From assembly GCA_964584755.1 (NCBI GenBank), contig CAZPAV010000002.1, positions 45,338 to 109,337 of the forward strand: a stretch of DNA of 64,000 nt, given 5' to 3'. Under the pieces are notes generated by a model. The model was not told the origin of the DNA and searched no databases. It saw only the letters and a program-made list of their open reading frames with translations. Shown piece after piece: positions 63,602 through 64,000 of the stretch. The position numbers and the translations under genes were made by a program. Position 1 is the first letter of the stretch. Each line of letters begins with the position of its first letter. This DNA comes from an uncultured Acidimicrobiaceae bacterium. GTDB lineage: Bacteria > Actinomycetota > Acidimicrobiia > Spongiisociales > UBA5794.

Positions 63602-64000
63602 TCAGACCACGTAGACCCCGCCGAGCCGCATCCTCCGGAAGACCGGGGGACGGTCGGTCCGAACGGGGGAGTCCGTCTGCGAGGAGCCGCCTCGGTCGGC
63701 GATCCGCCCCGCGGACCGCGACGTCGGCGGCGTCGCGGTGGTCGCCGGCGGCGGGGTGGTCGTCGTCGTGGTCGCCGGCGGCGGGGTGGTCGTCGTCGTG
63801 GTCGCCGCCGGGACGGTCGTCGTGGGTGGCGGGATGGTCGTGGTCGTCGTCGTGGTCGTCGTCGGCGCCGGATCGAGGAGATCGGCCGGTCCCTTCATGA
63901 AGATGACGGTCACCCAGAACTTGTCCTCGGCCTCCTGCACCACCCCGACCCCCACGTAGTTGAAGTCCCCCAGGATGTTGCGTCGGTGGGAGGACGAGGC
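63602..64000 (-). CDS. Partial CDS: protein ending in a Thr/Pro-rich low-complexity linker plus ~40-aa tail; N-terminus lies beyond the window end
   Basis: The frame stays open to the window end (...NYVGVGVVQEAEDKFWVTVIFMKGPADLLDPAPTTTTTTTTTIPPPTTTVPAATTTTTTPPPATTTTTTPPP...). The DNA is GTC/GTG triplet-repeat rich over 63720-63890. Low-complexity region, so a gene call is tentative. Confidence 0.4.
   Translation of the reverse strand, partial: ASSSHRRNILGDFNYVGVGVVQEAEDKFWVTVIFMKGPADLLDPAPTTTTTTTTTIPPPTTTVPAATTTTTTPPPATTTTTTPPPATTATPPTSRSAGRIADRGGSSQTDSPVRTDRPPVFRRMRLGGVYVV
63715..63895. repeat. Imperfect tandem triplet repeats (GTCGTCGTGGTCGCCGGCGGCGGGGTG units) encoding a Thr/Pro-rich linker
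   Basis: The repeated 27-nt unit gtggtcgtcgtcgtggtcgccggcggcgggg is visible twice, plus degenerate copies. Confidence 0.6.

Overview
High-GC (roughly 70%+) actinobacterial chromosomal segment with no rRNA, tRNA, CRISPR or obvious mobile elements. Most long ORFs in the six-frame track are antisense or alternate-frame artefacts of the GC bias. Real genes were picked by recognisable protein families, GC3 bias, and the ATGA/GTGA stop-start overlaps that join genes into translationally coupled operons (about 15 such junctions). All calls are by-eye homology; no database search was run.

Main blocks, in order:
- 1-4734 (minus): comF-like, hpf, LuxR-type response regulator, HEAT-repeat protein, HD-GYP-like phosphohydrolase. 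The FtsH-like paralog (4859-6706) is divergent on the plus strand.
- 6717-10487 (minus): manB, Trm112-like, SIS PGI/PMI, ahcY.
- 10557-13931: GT2 / GtrA / GT-C (YfhO-like) three-component glycosylation module.
- 13966-19289 (minus): two small Cys-motif proteins, a thioredoxin-like protein, a signal-peptide secreted protein (provisionally DUF5719-like), and a 937-aa GT2 with a polytopic C-terminus.
- 19276-20939: cofD/fbiA and a stand-alone cofE.
- 20980-26812: galE-like epimerase, dienelactone hydrolase, birA divergent from accD5-accA3.
- about 26.8-55.5 kb: a large Wzx/Wzy-type glycan locus. It has wzx, a wzy-like protein, a Wzc-like PCP with a dead kinase domain, wecA, a CapD/PglF-like dehydratase, a DegT aminotransferase, rfbA, rfbC, at least 7 glycosyltransferases, two polysaccharide deacetylases, two FemAB/GNAT-like paralogs and a GT4-GNAT fusion. 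It also carries an AsnB-like amidotransferase lacking the Cys nucleophile next to a QueC-like PP-loop protein, a SAF-domain oxidoreductase and an LhgO-like flavoenzyme.
- 55.5-64 kb: lpdA-like, an acyl-CoA mutase large subunit, a class A PBP, a leaderless hypothetical gene behind a TTGACA promoter with a palindromic operator, a sirtuin, a MoeZ-like E1 with reversed domain order, and a Thr/Pro-rich repeat protein cut by the window edge.

Gene order (comF-hpf, manB-SIS-ahcY, fbiA-fbiB, birA-accD5) parallels the Mycobacterium tuberculosis Rv3240c-Rv3285 region as I recall it, which fits an actinobacterial origin.
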